From the NCBI RefSeq assembly GCF_963921235.1, contig NC_086097.1:145826001-145890000 (forward strand): a DNA stretch of 64,000 nucleotides, given 5' to 3'. Positions within the stretch are counted from its first letter, which is position 1; every line of letters begins with the position of its first letter. This DNA is from Mobula hypostoma. Its lineage: Eukaryota. Below are positions 25,570-36,929 of this stretch, one piece after another. The position numbers and the translations under genes are program-made. The notes beneath the pieces were generated by a model. That model did not search any database, was not told where the DNA came from, and was given only the letters and a program-made list of their open reading frames with translations.

Positions 25570-26910
25570 TTTTCTCTTCCACTCTGCCCTTAAATTTAAT
25601 AGGTCCATTTCGGACAACTCTCTCCCCTTTCTTTATCTTTCTGTCTCTAAGTCTGGAGACAGTCTATATCCTGGTATCATTTATAAACCCATTGACTCTC
25701 ACAGGTATCTGGGCTACACCTCTTCCCACCCTGTTACTTGTTAAAATGCTATTCCTTCTCCCAGATCCTCTGTCTCTGGCGCATATGCTCTCAGGATGAA
25801 ACTTTGTATTCCAAAACAACTGAGATGTTCTCTTTGTTCAAAGAAAAGGGTTTCCATTCCTCCACTATCAATGCTGCCCTCACCCTCATTTTTTCCATTT
25901 TGCTCACATCTGCTCTCACCCCATCCTCCTGTAATCCCACCAGGGATAGGATTCCTCTTGTCTTCACCTACCACCCCACATGCCTCTACATAATACTCCA
26001 TAACTTCCGCATCTCCAATGGGATCCCACCACCAAGCACATCTTCCTCTCCCCCCCCCAACTTTCCGCTTTCCTCAGGGATTGCTCCCTATGCGACTCCC
26101 TTGTCCACTCATCCCTCCCCACTGATCTCCATCCTGTACTTAACAAATTCCACAGCTGCACCTATACTTCCTCCCTCACTACCATTCAGGGTCCTTCCAG
26201 GTGAGACGACACTTCACCTCTGAGTCTATTGGGGTCATCTACACTGTGGTCCCAGTATGGCCTCCTGTATATCGGTGAGACCCAATGTAGATTGGGGCAC
26301 TGCTTTGTCAAACATCTTCATCCATCCGCCGGAAAAAGTGGGATTTCCCAGTGCCCACCCATTTCAATTCCACTTCCCATTTCCATTCCAACATGTCAGT
26401 CCGTGGCCTCCTCTACAGTCACGATGAGGCCACACTCAGGCTGGAGGAGCAGCACCTTATATCCTGTCTAGGTAGCCTCCAACCCGATGGCATAAACATC
26501 AATTTCTCAAACTTCCGGTAATGCACCGCCCCCCCCCCCTTTGCCAATCCCCATTCTTGTTTCCCTCTCATACCTTCTCTTCTTGCAGCCATCACCTGGT
26601 GCTCCCTCCCCTTCCTTTTCTTTTATGGTCTTCTGTCCTCTCCTGTCAGATTCCTGCTTCTCTGGCTCTTTATCTCTTTCCCCAATCAACTTCCCAGCTC
26701 TTTACTTCAACCCCCCTCTCCCTCCCCCACTTTCACCTATCCCCTGTCACCTTGTACTTCTTCTTCCCGTCCTCTCACCTTCTTAGTCTGACTCCTCCAC
26801 CCCCCCTCCAGTCCTGATGAAGGGTCGTGGCCCGAAACATCGATTGTTCACTCTTTTCCATAGATGCTGCCTGGCCTGCGGAGTTGGTCCAGCATTTTGC
26901 GTGTGTTGCC
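25570..26910 (+). mobile_element. Penelope-like element: RT C-terminus, GIY-YIG and terminal repeat with hammerhead motif
   Basis: ISDNSLPFLYLSV..YKPIDSHRYLGYTSSHP; LLYIGETQCRLG (GIY-YIG); terminal repeat 26809-26910. Confidence 0.88.
26809..26846 (+). ncRNA. Minimal type-I hammerhead ribozyme motif
   Basis: cagtc CTGATGA a gggtcgtggccc GAAAC ATC gattg: stem I, catalytic core, stem II, GAAA and a UH cleavage site. Confidence 0.7.
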
Positions 26911-26949
26911 AAAGAATTCTCTCTGGTCTTCTAGCTTCAAAGAACCTAA

Positions 26950-28172
26950 ACTGAAAACCCACATTCCCATTTCCACAGTGATGTGTCCTCAACCTTCTCC
27001 ACCATTGTATTGCAACTAGAAGAGTAACACATCATATTCTGTTTGGGCCGGCAACAGCTCAATGATATGAGCATCGAATTTTCCAGTTTGCCGTAACCCA
27101 CACCTCCTGTGGTCCTTTATTACTCTCACCAATCACCCAGGTTCTCTATCATTCTGGTGGCATTTTCCATCTCCCAGGACTCCCAGACCAACCCCCACTC
27201 CCCACTGCCCCAATACAATGGCAATATCACACTTCCACCTGTGTATTCTCCATCCACATGTGTATCTATGTAGGTTTCACCTTCCTTGGTTCACCTTTCT
27301 TATCCCGTCCCACACCTGATTTAATATGTCTATCATCTCTCCTTACCTGGTTCCACATCATCTAGCAGTCTCTGCATCTACCGTTCCCCCTCCGAGCTCC
27401 ACCTGCCTAATGTCTTTCCCACATCTGTTTCCAGTTTTGACAAAGTTTTGTAGATGTACATGAAGAGTATCCTAACTGGTTACATCATGGCCTGGTATGG
27501 AAATGCCAATGCCCAAGAATGGAAAAGGCTACAGGAAAGCGATGGCTATGCCCAGTCCATCACAGGCAAAGATCTCCCTGCCTTTGAGTACATTTACCTG
27601 GCGTGCAGCATCCATCATCAAGGACCCTATCATCACTATGTTCTCTTCTCAGTTGGGAAAGAGGTACAAAAGCTTTACGGCCCACACCACCGGTTCAGCA
27701 GCAGTTGTTGCCCGAAACCATCAGGTTCCTGAACAGGCATTGATAACTTCAATGACCATTGTTCTGAACTAATTCTATGACCTACAGGCTCGCCTTCAAA
27801 GACTCTTTAGGATTCATGTTCTCAGTGTATTTTTATTTGCATAGTTTGTCTTCTTTTGTACATTGGTTGTTTGTCAGCCTTTGTGTGTTTATGTATATTT
27901 TAACTCTATTGTAGCTCTCATTTTTCCCAGTAAATACCTGTGAGAAAATGAAGCTCGAAGTGGTATGTAGAACATAAATGTATTTCAATAATAAATTTTC
28001 TCTGAATCTTGAACTTTTGAGCCTATTACTAACTCCCCTTCACTTCCATATCATGGATATCTAACCCCCACACACTCACTCCTGACGAAGGGTCTTGATT
28101 TGAGACATTGACCGTCATTTCACCTGCACAGATGCTGCCTGACCTGTTGTATTCTTCCAGCAGTTTGTTTTT
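26950..28172 (+). mobile_element. Older Penelope-like 3' fragment split by a Rex1 insertion
   Basis: Degenerate GIY-YIG end at 26960-27096; degenerate terminal repeat cctgacgaagggtct..gatgctgcctgacctg at 28081-28165. Confidence 0.6.
27435..28020 (+). mobile_element. Rex1/Babar LINE 3' fragment
   Basis: SILTGYIMAWYGNANAQEWKRLQ; AASIIKDP; aataaa..gaacttttga tail. Confidence 0.8.
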
Positions 28173-28730
28173 AAGTAATTATATCAATTGTTGTTTGTGA
28201 GGTCCAGGTATGTATTAACTGCATCTTCCTGTACAGGAGCAAGTGCATTTCAGGAATATTGAATAAACTATGAAGGCTTTAGGATAATAGTATATTGGTG
28301 CAATATTCTGCTCTTTTAATCCTAATTGATCTTGACGTGGTCACTTCCAGCTATATTACTAATTGATCCACTATTGTTGGCCTTAGGTCAAGGAGAAGAA
28401 GAATAGGTTATTCACAAAATTATTAGGCTGATAATTAGTAGTTTGATATTTTCTATGTACTGACAATGAATTCTGTCTACATTGTATGCATTCCTGACAC
28501 CTGGTTAGGAAGATTTACTGAAACATGCAATGATGGAATTAACTTAATATCACCACAGTTGAAGTCATTAGCCAAGCTGATCTCATCATTCCATCTGTAT
28601 GTAATCATTCAGTTCTTGCACTCACACTGTCAGGCTCAGGATTTCTCCCCGTGCCAATTTGATGAGATCAACAGAACTTGCTGTTTAACGAGGATATTTT
28701 TGGAAACTGAGCAGCCCCAGAAAGGGTGCA

Positions 28731-28925
28731 AGAGGGAGGGAGGGAGGGAGGGAGTGAGGGGAGGGAGAGAGGGAGAGAAAGAGAGTGAGGGAGGGAGAGG
28801 GATAGAGAGATTGGGAAACAATTAGAATGACAGAAAAGAGAGAAATGGAATAGGGTGGGAGTGACAGCAGAAACATCGAAATGATAAAGAAGAGAAGGGT
28901 AGAGAGAGGGCAGAGTTATGAGAGC
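28731..28925 (+). repeat. GA-rich low-complexity tract ((GGGA)n / (GA)n)
   Basis: Direct reading. Confidence 0.9.
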
Positions 28926-29499
28926 AAATGATCAAGGCAATAGAAATTTCTCCACTCTCAACCCAAAATCTGAGGACTAAAACCAGAAACTGCATGAAAT
29001 ACTCAGCATGTCAGGCTACATCTGTGGAGGCAGACACAGAGTTAAAATTCCAGGTAAATGACCTGTGCTCTAAATTTAGGAAAACTAGAAATCAAGCATA
29101 TATTAAGGTGGAAAGAAGTGGGAGGGCGTGGAAAGAAAACAGGAATGTTTGTAACAGAATGAAAATCAAGGAAGTGTGACTGACGTAAGCAATGTTGATT
29201 GTAGCAGACAGTGGATCATGGAAGCACCTCTGTCTCTCACATACAATTTCCCTAGGTAAGTTGTAAGTTGAAGAACACAAGCAGTACTTTCTAAGCAACA
29301 TTCACAAAAAGCTGGAGGAACTCAGCAGGCCAGACAGTATCTATGGAAAAGAGTATAGTCGACATTTTGAGCTCAGTGTTTTTCTAATTATTTTCCATCA
29401 GAACTTTTGAGATAAATAAGCCTTCAGCACTCGCTCTCGGGCATTCTGCCATGACTTGTGTCATGAAATTTATTTTGGTGTTCACTTTATTAGAAACAT

Positions 29500-30845
29500 T
29501 CCCATTACTTTCACCACTCACAGAATCATCGGCTCATCGAGCCATGCAGTGGAGAAACAGATCTTTCAGCTCACCATGTCCATGCTGATCTTTGAGAACT
29601 TATTGATGCTAATTCCATTTTCCATTACTCAACCTGTAGACTTCCATGCTTTGCAATTCAAAATTTTACCTGCATACTTTTTAAATGTGTGTAGCTCCTT
29701 CCATCATCTACTTAGGCATTGTGTTGCAGATTTCAATTATCCTTTGGTGAGAATGTTCTTTCTAAGGTTCCCTCTAAATATTTTAGTCCTATATTATTAA
29801 ACCCATATCCAATCGGTTTATATAGCTCTGCCAGGGGGAAAATTTCTTCCTATTGATCCAAAATGCAAATGGCGGGAGGAGAGAGAGCAGCGTGCCACGC
29901 GTGCGCAGCCCTCTGGTGAAAAATGATATCGTATCCGTTAAATAGGGGCCACGGACAACTCTGATTTGATGGAGACGGACGTGAAAGCACAGAGAAACAT
30001 CTGGAGAAATTTCTGAAACGCTCATTCACTGCTGTCGTTACTGCGTGGTCAGGAATCTTTCGGAGGGTAAGCCTCAAAATCCCCGGCTTTGCCTGCTGTT
30101 GGCGACCGAGATTGAGGTCGAATCGTTTGGACAGAGATGGCGCTCAGTACTCGGTGTCGGAGAGCTGATCGGAGGCTCAAAGTTTTCGGATGACTCAGAG
30201 TCGGATTGTGGTCGGTATGGCAGGGAGAGTTTTTCTTCCTTCTCATGTCTGCATGAGATGTGGGACATTTGAGAGACTTTGAACCTTTTATTGTGCTCAT
30301 GGACTTCTTCATCAAGTTATGGTATTGTTGCACTGTTGTAACTATATGTTACAATTATGTCGTTTAGTTTTTCAGTCTTGGTCTGTCCTGTGTTTTGTGA
30401 TATCACACCGGAGGAAATATTATATCATTTCTTAATGTATGCATTACTAAATGACAATAAAAGAGGACTACGTGTCTTCATAATCTAATTTATTCCTTTT
30501 ATGATTTTACGTATTCAGTCAGGTGCTCACTCAGCCTCCATTGCTCAAAGGAAAACAAATCCAACCTGTCCAGTCTCTTCTCCCTATTGAAATGCTTTAT
30601 TCCAGGGAATATCCTGATGGAATCTCCTCTGCACTCTCTTGAGTGCAGTTATGTTTTTTTCCTAAGCTGTAGTGAACAAAACTGCACACAGATTTCCAGC
30701 TGTGGTTTATACAGCATTTTCTAAAATTCGAGCATGATCTCCCTAGTCTTTTATTCTGTGCTTTGATTAATCAAGGCAGGTGTCCTATGTATATTCTGAA
30801 CCACATTATCCAATTGTGTTGTCACCTTGAGGCATCCTTTGACAG
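29500..30845 (-). mobile_element. Old CR1 3' fragment (pieces ~29500-29853 and 30490-30845)
   Basis: Antisense CR1 C-terminal motifs (caaaactgcacacagatttccagctgtgg); ORF 30751..30936(-) LKVTTQLDNVV. Confidence 0.65.
29854..30489 (+). mobile_element. Young CpG-rich non-coding retroposon of unclear family
   Basis: Interrupts CR1; ends aataaaagaggactacgtgtcttcataatctaat; the 3' ~160 bp recur inverted at 44785-44943. Confidence 0.7.
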
Positions 30846-30879
30846 TGGTCCATCTGCTCCTCAATCTATTATATCCACA

Positions 30880-31358
30880 ATATACTTTATACTTTATTGT
30901 CGCCAAACAATTGATACTAGAACCTACAATCATCACAGCGATATTTGACTCTATGCTTCCTGCTCCCTGTATTACAAATCAATAGTAAATATTAAAAATT
31001 TAAATTATAAATCATAAATAGAAAATAGAAAAATGGAAAATAAGGTAGTGCAAAAAAACCCCGAAAGGCAGGTCCGGATATTTGGAGGGTACGGCCCAGA
31101 TCCGGGTCAGGATCCGTTCAGCAGTCTTATCACAGTTGGAAAGAAGCTGTTCCCAAATCTGGCCGTATGAGTCTTCAAGCTCCTGTGCCTTCTCCAGGAG
31201 GGAAGAGGGACGAAAAGTGTGTTGGCTGGGTGGGTCGTGTCCTTGATTATCCTGGCAGCACTGCTCTGACAATGTGCAGTGTAAAGTGAGTCCAAGGACG
31301 AAAGATTGGTTTGTGTGATGTGCTGCGCCGTGTTCACGATCTTCTGCAGCTTCTTCCG
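30880..31358 (-). mobile_element. Young Rex1/Babar LINE 3' fragment
   Basis: ORF 31107..31337(-) AARIIKDTTHPANTLFVPLPSWRRHRSL..FGNSFFPTVIRLLN*. Confidence 0.85.
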
Positions 31359-31512
31359 TCTATGCTATTCATCATAGAAGGGTCCTAGAGGAAACAGCAA
31401 TAGTAAGATCCTACCTGGCCTTACTTATTAGTCCTCTCTCACAGTTATCAGGTTTAAATTTTGCCTGCCATTAATCTGCCTATTCTAGCAAATCATTGAT
31501 ATCATCTCAGAG

Positions 31513-31591
31513 CAGGGGTTCCCAAACAGGGGTCCATAGACCTCTCGGTTAATGATCGGGGTTCATGACATAAAAAGGGTTGGAACCCCTG
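31513..31591. mobile_element. 79-bp hAT (Charlie/Buster-type) MITE
   Basis: TIR CAGGGGTTCC(C)AA / TTGGAACCCCTG; 8-bp TSD tctcagag / tcatagag (6 of 8 match). Confidence 0.75.
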
Positions 31592-31720
31592 TCATAGAGT
31601 AATAAAGCTGTGCAGTACAGACGTTTTGGCCCACTGTGTCATCTATTAATTAATTATTGATCAATCAATACCTCTCTACATAACATCCTATTTAACAGCA
31701 CCTGGTACATTGACTTCTAT

Positions 31721-32612
31721 AGACATAGACACAGTACAGGCCCTTCGGCCCACAATGTTGTGCCGACCCTCAAACCCTGCCTCCCATATAAGCCCCCACC
31801 TTAAATTCCTCCGTATACCTGTCTAGTAGTCTCTTAAACTTCACTAGTGTATCTGCCTCCACCACTGACTCAGGCAGTGCATTCCACGCATGAACCACTC
31901 TCTGAGTAAAAAACCTTCCTCTAATATCCCCCTTGAACTTCCCACCCCTTACCTTAAAGCCATGTCCTCTTGAATTGAGCAGTGGTGCCCTGGGGAAGAG
32001 GCGCTGGCTATCCACTCTATCTGTTCCTCTTATTATCTTGTACACCTCTATCATGTCTCCTCTCATCCTCCTTCTCTCCAAAGAGTAAAGCCCTAGCTCC
32101 CTTAATCTCTGATCATAATGCATACTCTCTAAACCAGGCAGCATCCTGGTAAATCTCCTCTGTACCCTTTCCAATGCTTCCATATCCTTCCTATAGTGAG
32201 GCGACCAGAACTGGACACAGTGCTCCAAGTGTGGCCTAACCAGAGTTTTATAGAGATGCATCATTACATTGCGACTCTTACTCTATCCCTCAACTTATGA
32301 AAGCTAACACCCCATAAGCTTTCTTAACTACCCTATCCACCTGTGAGGCAACTTTCAGGGATCTGTGGACATGTACCCCAAGATCCCTCTGCTCCTCCAC
32401 ACTACCAAGTATCCTGCCATTTACTTTGTACTCTGCCTTGGAGTTTGTCCTTCCAAAGTGTACCACCTCACACTTCTCCGGGTTGAAATCCATCTGCCAC
32501 TTCTCAGCCCACTTCTGCATCCTATCAATGTCTCTCTGCAATCTTTGACAATCCTCTGCACTATCTACAACACCACCAACCCTTGTGTTGTCTGCAAACT
32601 TGCCAACCCACC
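31721..32612 (-). mobile_element. Young CR1 LINE 3' fragment inserted in an older CR1 (31600-31720 and 32620-32890)
   Basis: Near-intact ORFs 31770..32264 and 32290..32634; (agacat)n tail; cttctat duplicated at 31714-31720 / 32613-32619. Confidence 0.92.
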
Positions 32613-33292
32613 CTTCTATGGTTTGGAGATTCAATGTATCCTTGGAAATTTAAGTACTGCAGCTTAAGAATACTCTCCTCATGTTCAACCACGCGACCAA
32701 TCTTTATATCATTTAAGAATTTACCAACCTTGCCTTCTATAGTGACATGCAAATCATTAAAGTAAATAAACAACACCGCTGGCCACTGAAAACCCTCCAC
32801 CATCATCGCCTGCCTCTTATTGCCATGCCGACAGTGGATATGATTTGCCAACTTGCCATGCAACCCAGGGGCTCTAACCTTTTGGACAAGTTCTTCCCCC
32901 CCCCCCCCACCCCTTCCACTACAACTTAAAACATGTTCAATTTTCATTTTTCTCAGTTACAATATCAAATATTTGACCAGAAAAATTTGTTCTATTCTTG
33001 TCTCCAATGATTCTGCTCAATGTGCTAGTTCTCACTTTCTTAATTTATGATTCACATCTCCAGCTTCTGCAATGTTTTTTTAGCTGTTTCACTTTGAGGC
33101 AGACATTGTTGGATAAGAGACCAACATGCCAATAGTTTAAATTGGCAATCCTGTTTGTTGTTGATTTTCAGTTCATAGAGTGTTGATCAATCATGCTAAT
33201 CTCTTTCTAGCAATTCATCGAGGAACTGGACAAGCAAATTCTTCACTTGTAAACATCATTGGTGTTGATAGTTCTAAAGCTGCCTGTTCCAT

Positions 33293-33553
33293 GTATCACA
33301 CACAAAATGCTTGAGGGACTCAGCAGGCCAGGCAGCAACTATGGAAAAGAGTAAACAGTTGGCGTTTCGGGCCGAGACCCTTCATCAGGACTGTCGATAT
33401 TTTGGGCTGAGACCCTTCGTGAGTCCTGATGAAGGGTCTCAGCCTGAAACATCGAGTGCTTACTCTTTTCCATAGATGCCTCCTGGCCTGCTGAGTTCTC
33501 CAGCATTTTGTGTGTGTTGCTTGGATTCCAGCATTGGCAGATTTTCCCTCGTT
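33293..33553. mobile_element. Fold-back insertion of the Penelope terminal repeat with three hammerhead-type motifs
   Basis: Inverted arms ~33297-33393 and 33421-33516; 8-bp TSD TGTTCCAT (33285-33292 / 33554-33561). Confidence 0.85.
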
Positions 33554-33740
33554 TGTTCCATCCAAATATACTGCGGTGCTCTGGGGAGGGGTAGTAGGGG
33601 CGTGGTCGACAGCCCATCCAGCATTCCTAGTAGCCAGCGCTATTTATTGTTCTTATTTTAAAATGCATTCGTGGGATTATGGTAGGTTGTTCAAGTTCAT
33701 TTATTGATACATTTTAGCTTGGGTTATACAGTCACCTGCT

Positions 33741-35609
33741 TGTGTGTTTGTAGGTCACTCTCACTGCAACTGGGGTGTGTAATAATCACTTACCCCGTCT
33801 GTATGTGACTGAGTGGGTTCTCTCCCCGGACCATTGCACACGGTCTGTTTTTGTGCTTGTCTTAATAAAGACGTCAGTTGAGATAAACGTGCTTTTCTTG
33901 TCTGTCATCATGGACCGAATGCTCCTCACATTGGTGTCAGGAGCAGGATTAGGAATTGACGGTGAGATTGAAGAGCTACGACGTCAGATGGAGCGCCTGA
34001 AAACCCGCAGAATAAGTCAAGGGACTGAGCAGTGTGCCTCCCCTGCATCCCAGGGCTGGGATCCCAACTATGGGAAGCTGACCCAAAGGGAGAACCTGGG
34101 AACCGAGCCGAGCATCATGCCTTCCCAGGGAACCTCGATGGGATGGGCATACCCAGGCTCCCCAACCCGGGGGACATGGTGGAGCGCATCACCCACCTCC
34201 CTCATGGACTGTTCTGGGGAACCCAAGATACAGCAGCCATGGGAGTACAGTTAACATGGCAGGCACCACCGACACCACCAGAGCGAGAGGAATAACAACA
34301 GGCCTCAGCAGTTAACGGCACAGGGTTCACCCTGAAGCTCCCCAGATACACTGGTACCTGCTGCTTGCAGCCTTACGTTGCTCAAGTTAAACTTGCTGTA
34401 CAGCACAGTGAGATGGCGGTGCACCATGCTCTGGCACTGGCTATGGTCACTGGCGACCATGTGTGAATGAGAGCAAAGACGTGGCCGTGCATGGCATTGG
34501 GGATAAACACGGCTGTGGCTAGCCGACATCTGGGACGGCTGCATCCTTGGCCTGGACCTGCTATCCCGCTTGGGGGCCTGTGGGATGTGCTGGGGGCAAC
34601 TGAGGCTGTGGCTCTCCGGCAGGACAGCTCCAGAAAGTGGATCCGGTGGGGGCAGTGACAATGACTACTGGGGTCACAGCAGGCTGCTGCAGTGTGGCAC
34701 ACCCCGCAGTGGCCCAATGCAACACAGCAGAACCAGGGGCGAGGGGTATCGGAGGCGATCGGCGGCAGGGCAGACTCCCCCACCAATGAGCAGCAGCTAT
34801 CGAGTGAGCAGGTGAGCGATCCAGTGCTGGCCCAGGTGAGGTAGCGTGAGATAGCGACTGGAGTGGGCAGAGGTCTCCGCCCTGGATCCATACACCAAAG
34901 GCCTATACTCTCAGTGGGGCACACTGGAGATACGAGGCAGGTTGCTGTTCTTGTGCTGGCTGTTTTCTGGCAATGACAGACATCTGCTGCAGCTGGTGGT
35001 CCCCCCGGGGGCTCCACTCCACGGTGCTGCGGTCGGTGCAAGGGCTGGTGGGGGCCAGCCATTTTGGGTTCACAAAGACGTTGAAGGCTTCTATTAGCCT
35101 GGGTACTGGCAGGACGTGGAGCTGTTCGTGCACTGCTATGACGCTTGTCCCAGAAGGAACTGGGCCACCAGTTGAGGGCACCAATGCAGCAGTACCTGGC
35201 GGGGGCACCAGTAAGGATCTACTGCCCCTCCCGGAAGATGGGACTACCCCCCAAGATTGGAAGCTGCTGGAAAGGGCTGGGAAAGGTGCCTGACCCTATC
35301 TCTGATATGGTATACCAGGTATAGTTGTCTGCGTAGTGGAAGGCAGTCGTGCTGCACTGGGACTGGCTGGCACCGTATTGGCCCTTGGCCACCACTGACC
35401 CAGCGAGACTGAAGGAAGGAAGTGTGTTTGTGGATCACTCTGACTGTAACCGGGCAGTGTAATAATTCCCTCCCCCAGCTGTATGTGACTGAGTGGGTTC
35501 TCTCCCTGGGCCATAGCGCCCAGACTGTTTTACGCTTGTTGCAATAAGGAAGTCAGTTGAGATACATGAGCTTTTCTCATTGGTCATCGTGGACTGAATG
35601 CTCGCCACA
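33741..35609 (+). mobile_element. 1.9-kb non-autonomous Gypsy LTR element
   Basis: LTRs 33741-33930 and 35423-35609 (TG..CA); PBS tggtgtcaggagcaggat (tRNA-Leu-like) 33932-33949; PPT gaaggaaggaag; TSD ctgct/atgct; remnants of gag, protease and integrase. Confidence 0.9.
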
Positions 35610-36004
35610 ATGCTATAATTGCTAACTATCAGGCACAATTTTCTGTGTTTCATAACTTTGCTTAACTTTGTTCAATTTTGTTTAGATACAACTTTCGAAG
35701 GAACTCCATAGTATTATGAATGTTATCTCAACATTCAAGGACCACTTTGTCAAGGGTGTTCTGACATATAAGCTTGGTCTGCTTAAAATTTGGCAACTTT
35801 GCTTGGATTCATGCTGTATAACTTCATTAATCCTAACAAAGTCAAATTAATTACTGATATCTGAAGGCAAATTGTAGAAATCGGGAAACCTAAGGTATAT
35901 GGTAAATAAAGCTTCAATTTGTGGAAAAAGGGGCAGAAGTTTGAAAGAATTGCTTGTGTGCCTCAAATCTTTTAATGAATGATATCATTCTGTAATAAAA
36001 ACCA

Positions 36005-36175
36005 GTTTCAGTAACAGTAATCATGAAACTACAGGATTGTTGTGAACAGCATGTCTGGTTCACTATGTCTTAAAGGAAAGGAAATCTGCTATTCTTACTC
36101 TGTCTGGTCTATGTATGAATAGCAATGTGGTTGTTTCAATTCTTGACTAAAATAGCATAGCGCGCTGCTCAGTTC
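36005..36175 (+). mobile_element. Ancient SINE fragment (second copy at 51540-51800)
   Basis: Shared core catgaaactac...aaggaaatctg..ttcttac; the 51.6-kb copy has a B-box-like gagttcaaatcc. Confidence 0.55.
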
Positions 36176-36929
36176 TATCAAATTGCAATGAAAAATTATA
36201 TATCCCTGGGATATGGAAACATCTCTTGGGAATTCTTGGGATAAATAGTGCAATGATGGATTTAATTTTTGGCATAATGTAAGGCGATAGGTATGTACCT
36301 TAGTTAAGACTGAAATAAGAAAATGCTATGATTTCAGAATAGTAACATTTTGTCTCAGCCCCTAAACTATTCAGAGCCCAGTTCCTTGATGCTCCATCTA
36401 GATCAGGATAAAGCCTAGCAGGCTGCTTGCCATGTTATGGCAATTTCTGCTCTGTGAATAGTTTTCACTGGGATGCAGGATGATGGATCTGTCTCCCTAC
36501 ACCGAAGTACTGTACTTTAGATTCTTTCAGCTAATGTATAAAGGTATAATGCAAAGTTGTTCCTCCGGACCTGGGCTGAGATATTACTCTGTGCCATTTC
36601 TCTGGCATTGTTAACAATTACCATAATGTGGTTCCAGAAAGCTCTAAACATTGTGAAATTCACTGGAGTATGTTCCAAAAAGGTGTGCCTGAAGTCCACT
36701 TTGTAATATTGTTTTATTTCTGAACAACTATGTTAGGGACAAACAGCTCACATTATTAATCCTCTCCACTTTGCCAGTAACGTTTCTCCAACGTGGCAGC
36801 GAGAAACTAAGTATCACATGTGGTGTATCTCATCAGAGAGAATCTGCAAGGAAGATGGCCTTCTTCAATTTGGCAACAACCTGTCCATGAATTGAAAAAT
36901 CCATGTTTGGAGATTTGCTAGTCATTTAT

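Noticed and set aside
34305..35208. Long minus-strand ORFs (226, 118 and 101 aa)
   Set aside because: Antisense shadows of GC-rich Gypsy sequence with no recognisable motifs.
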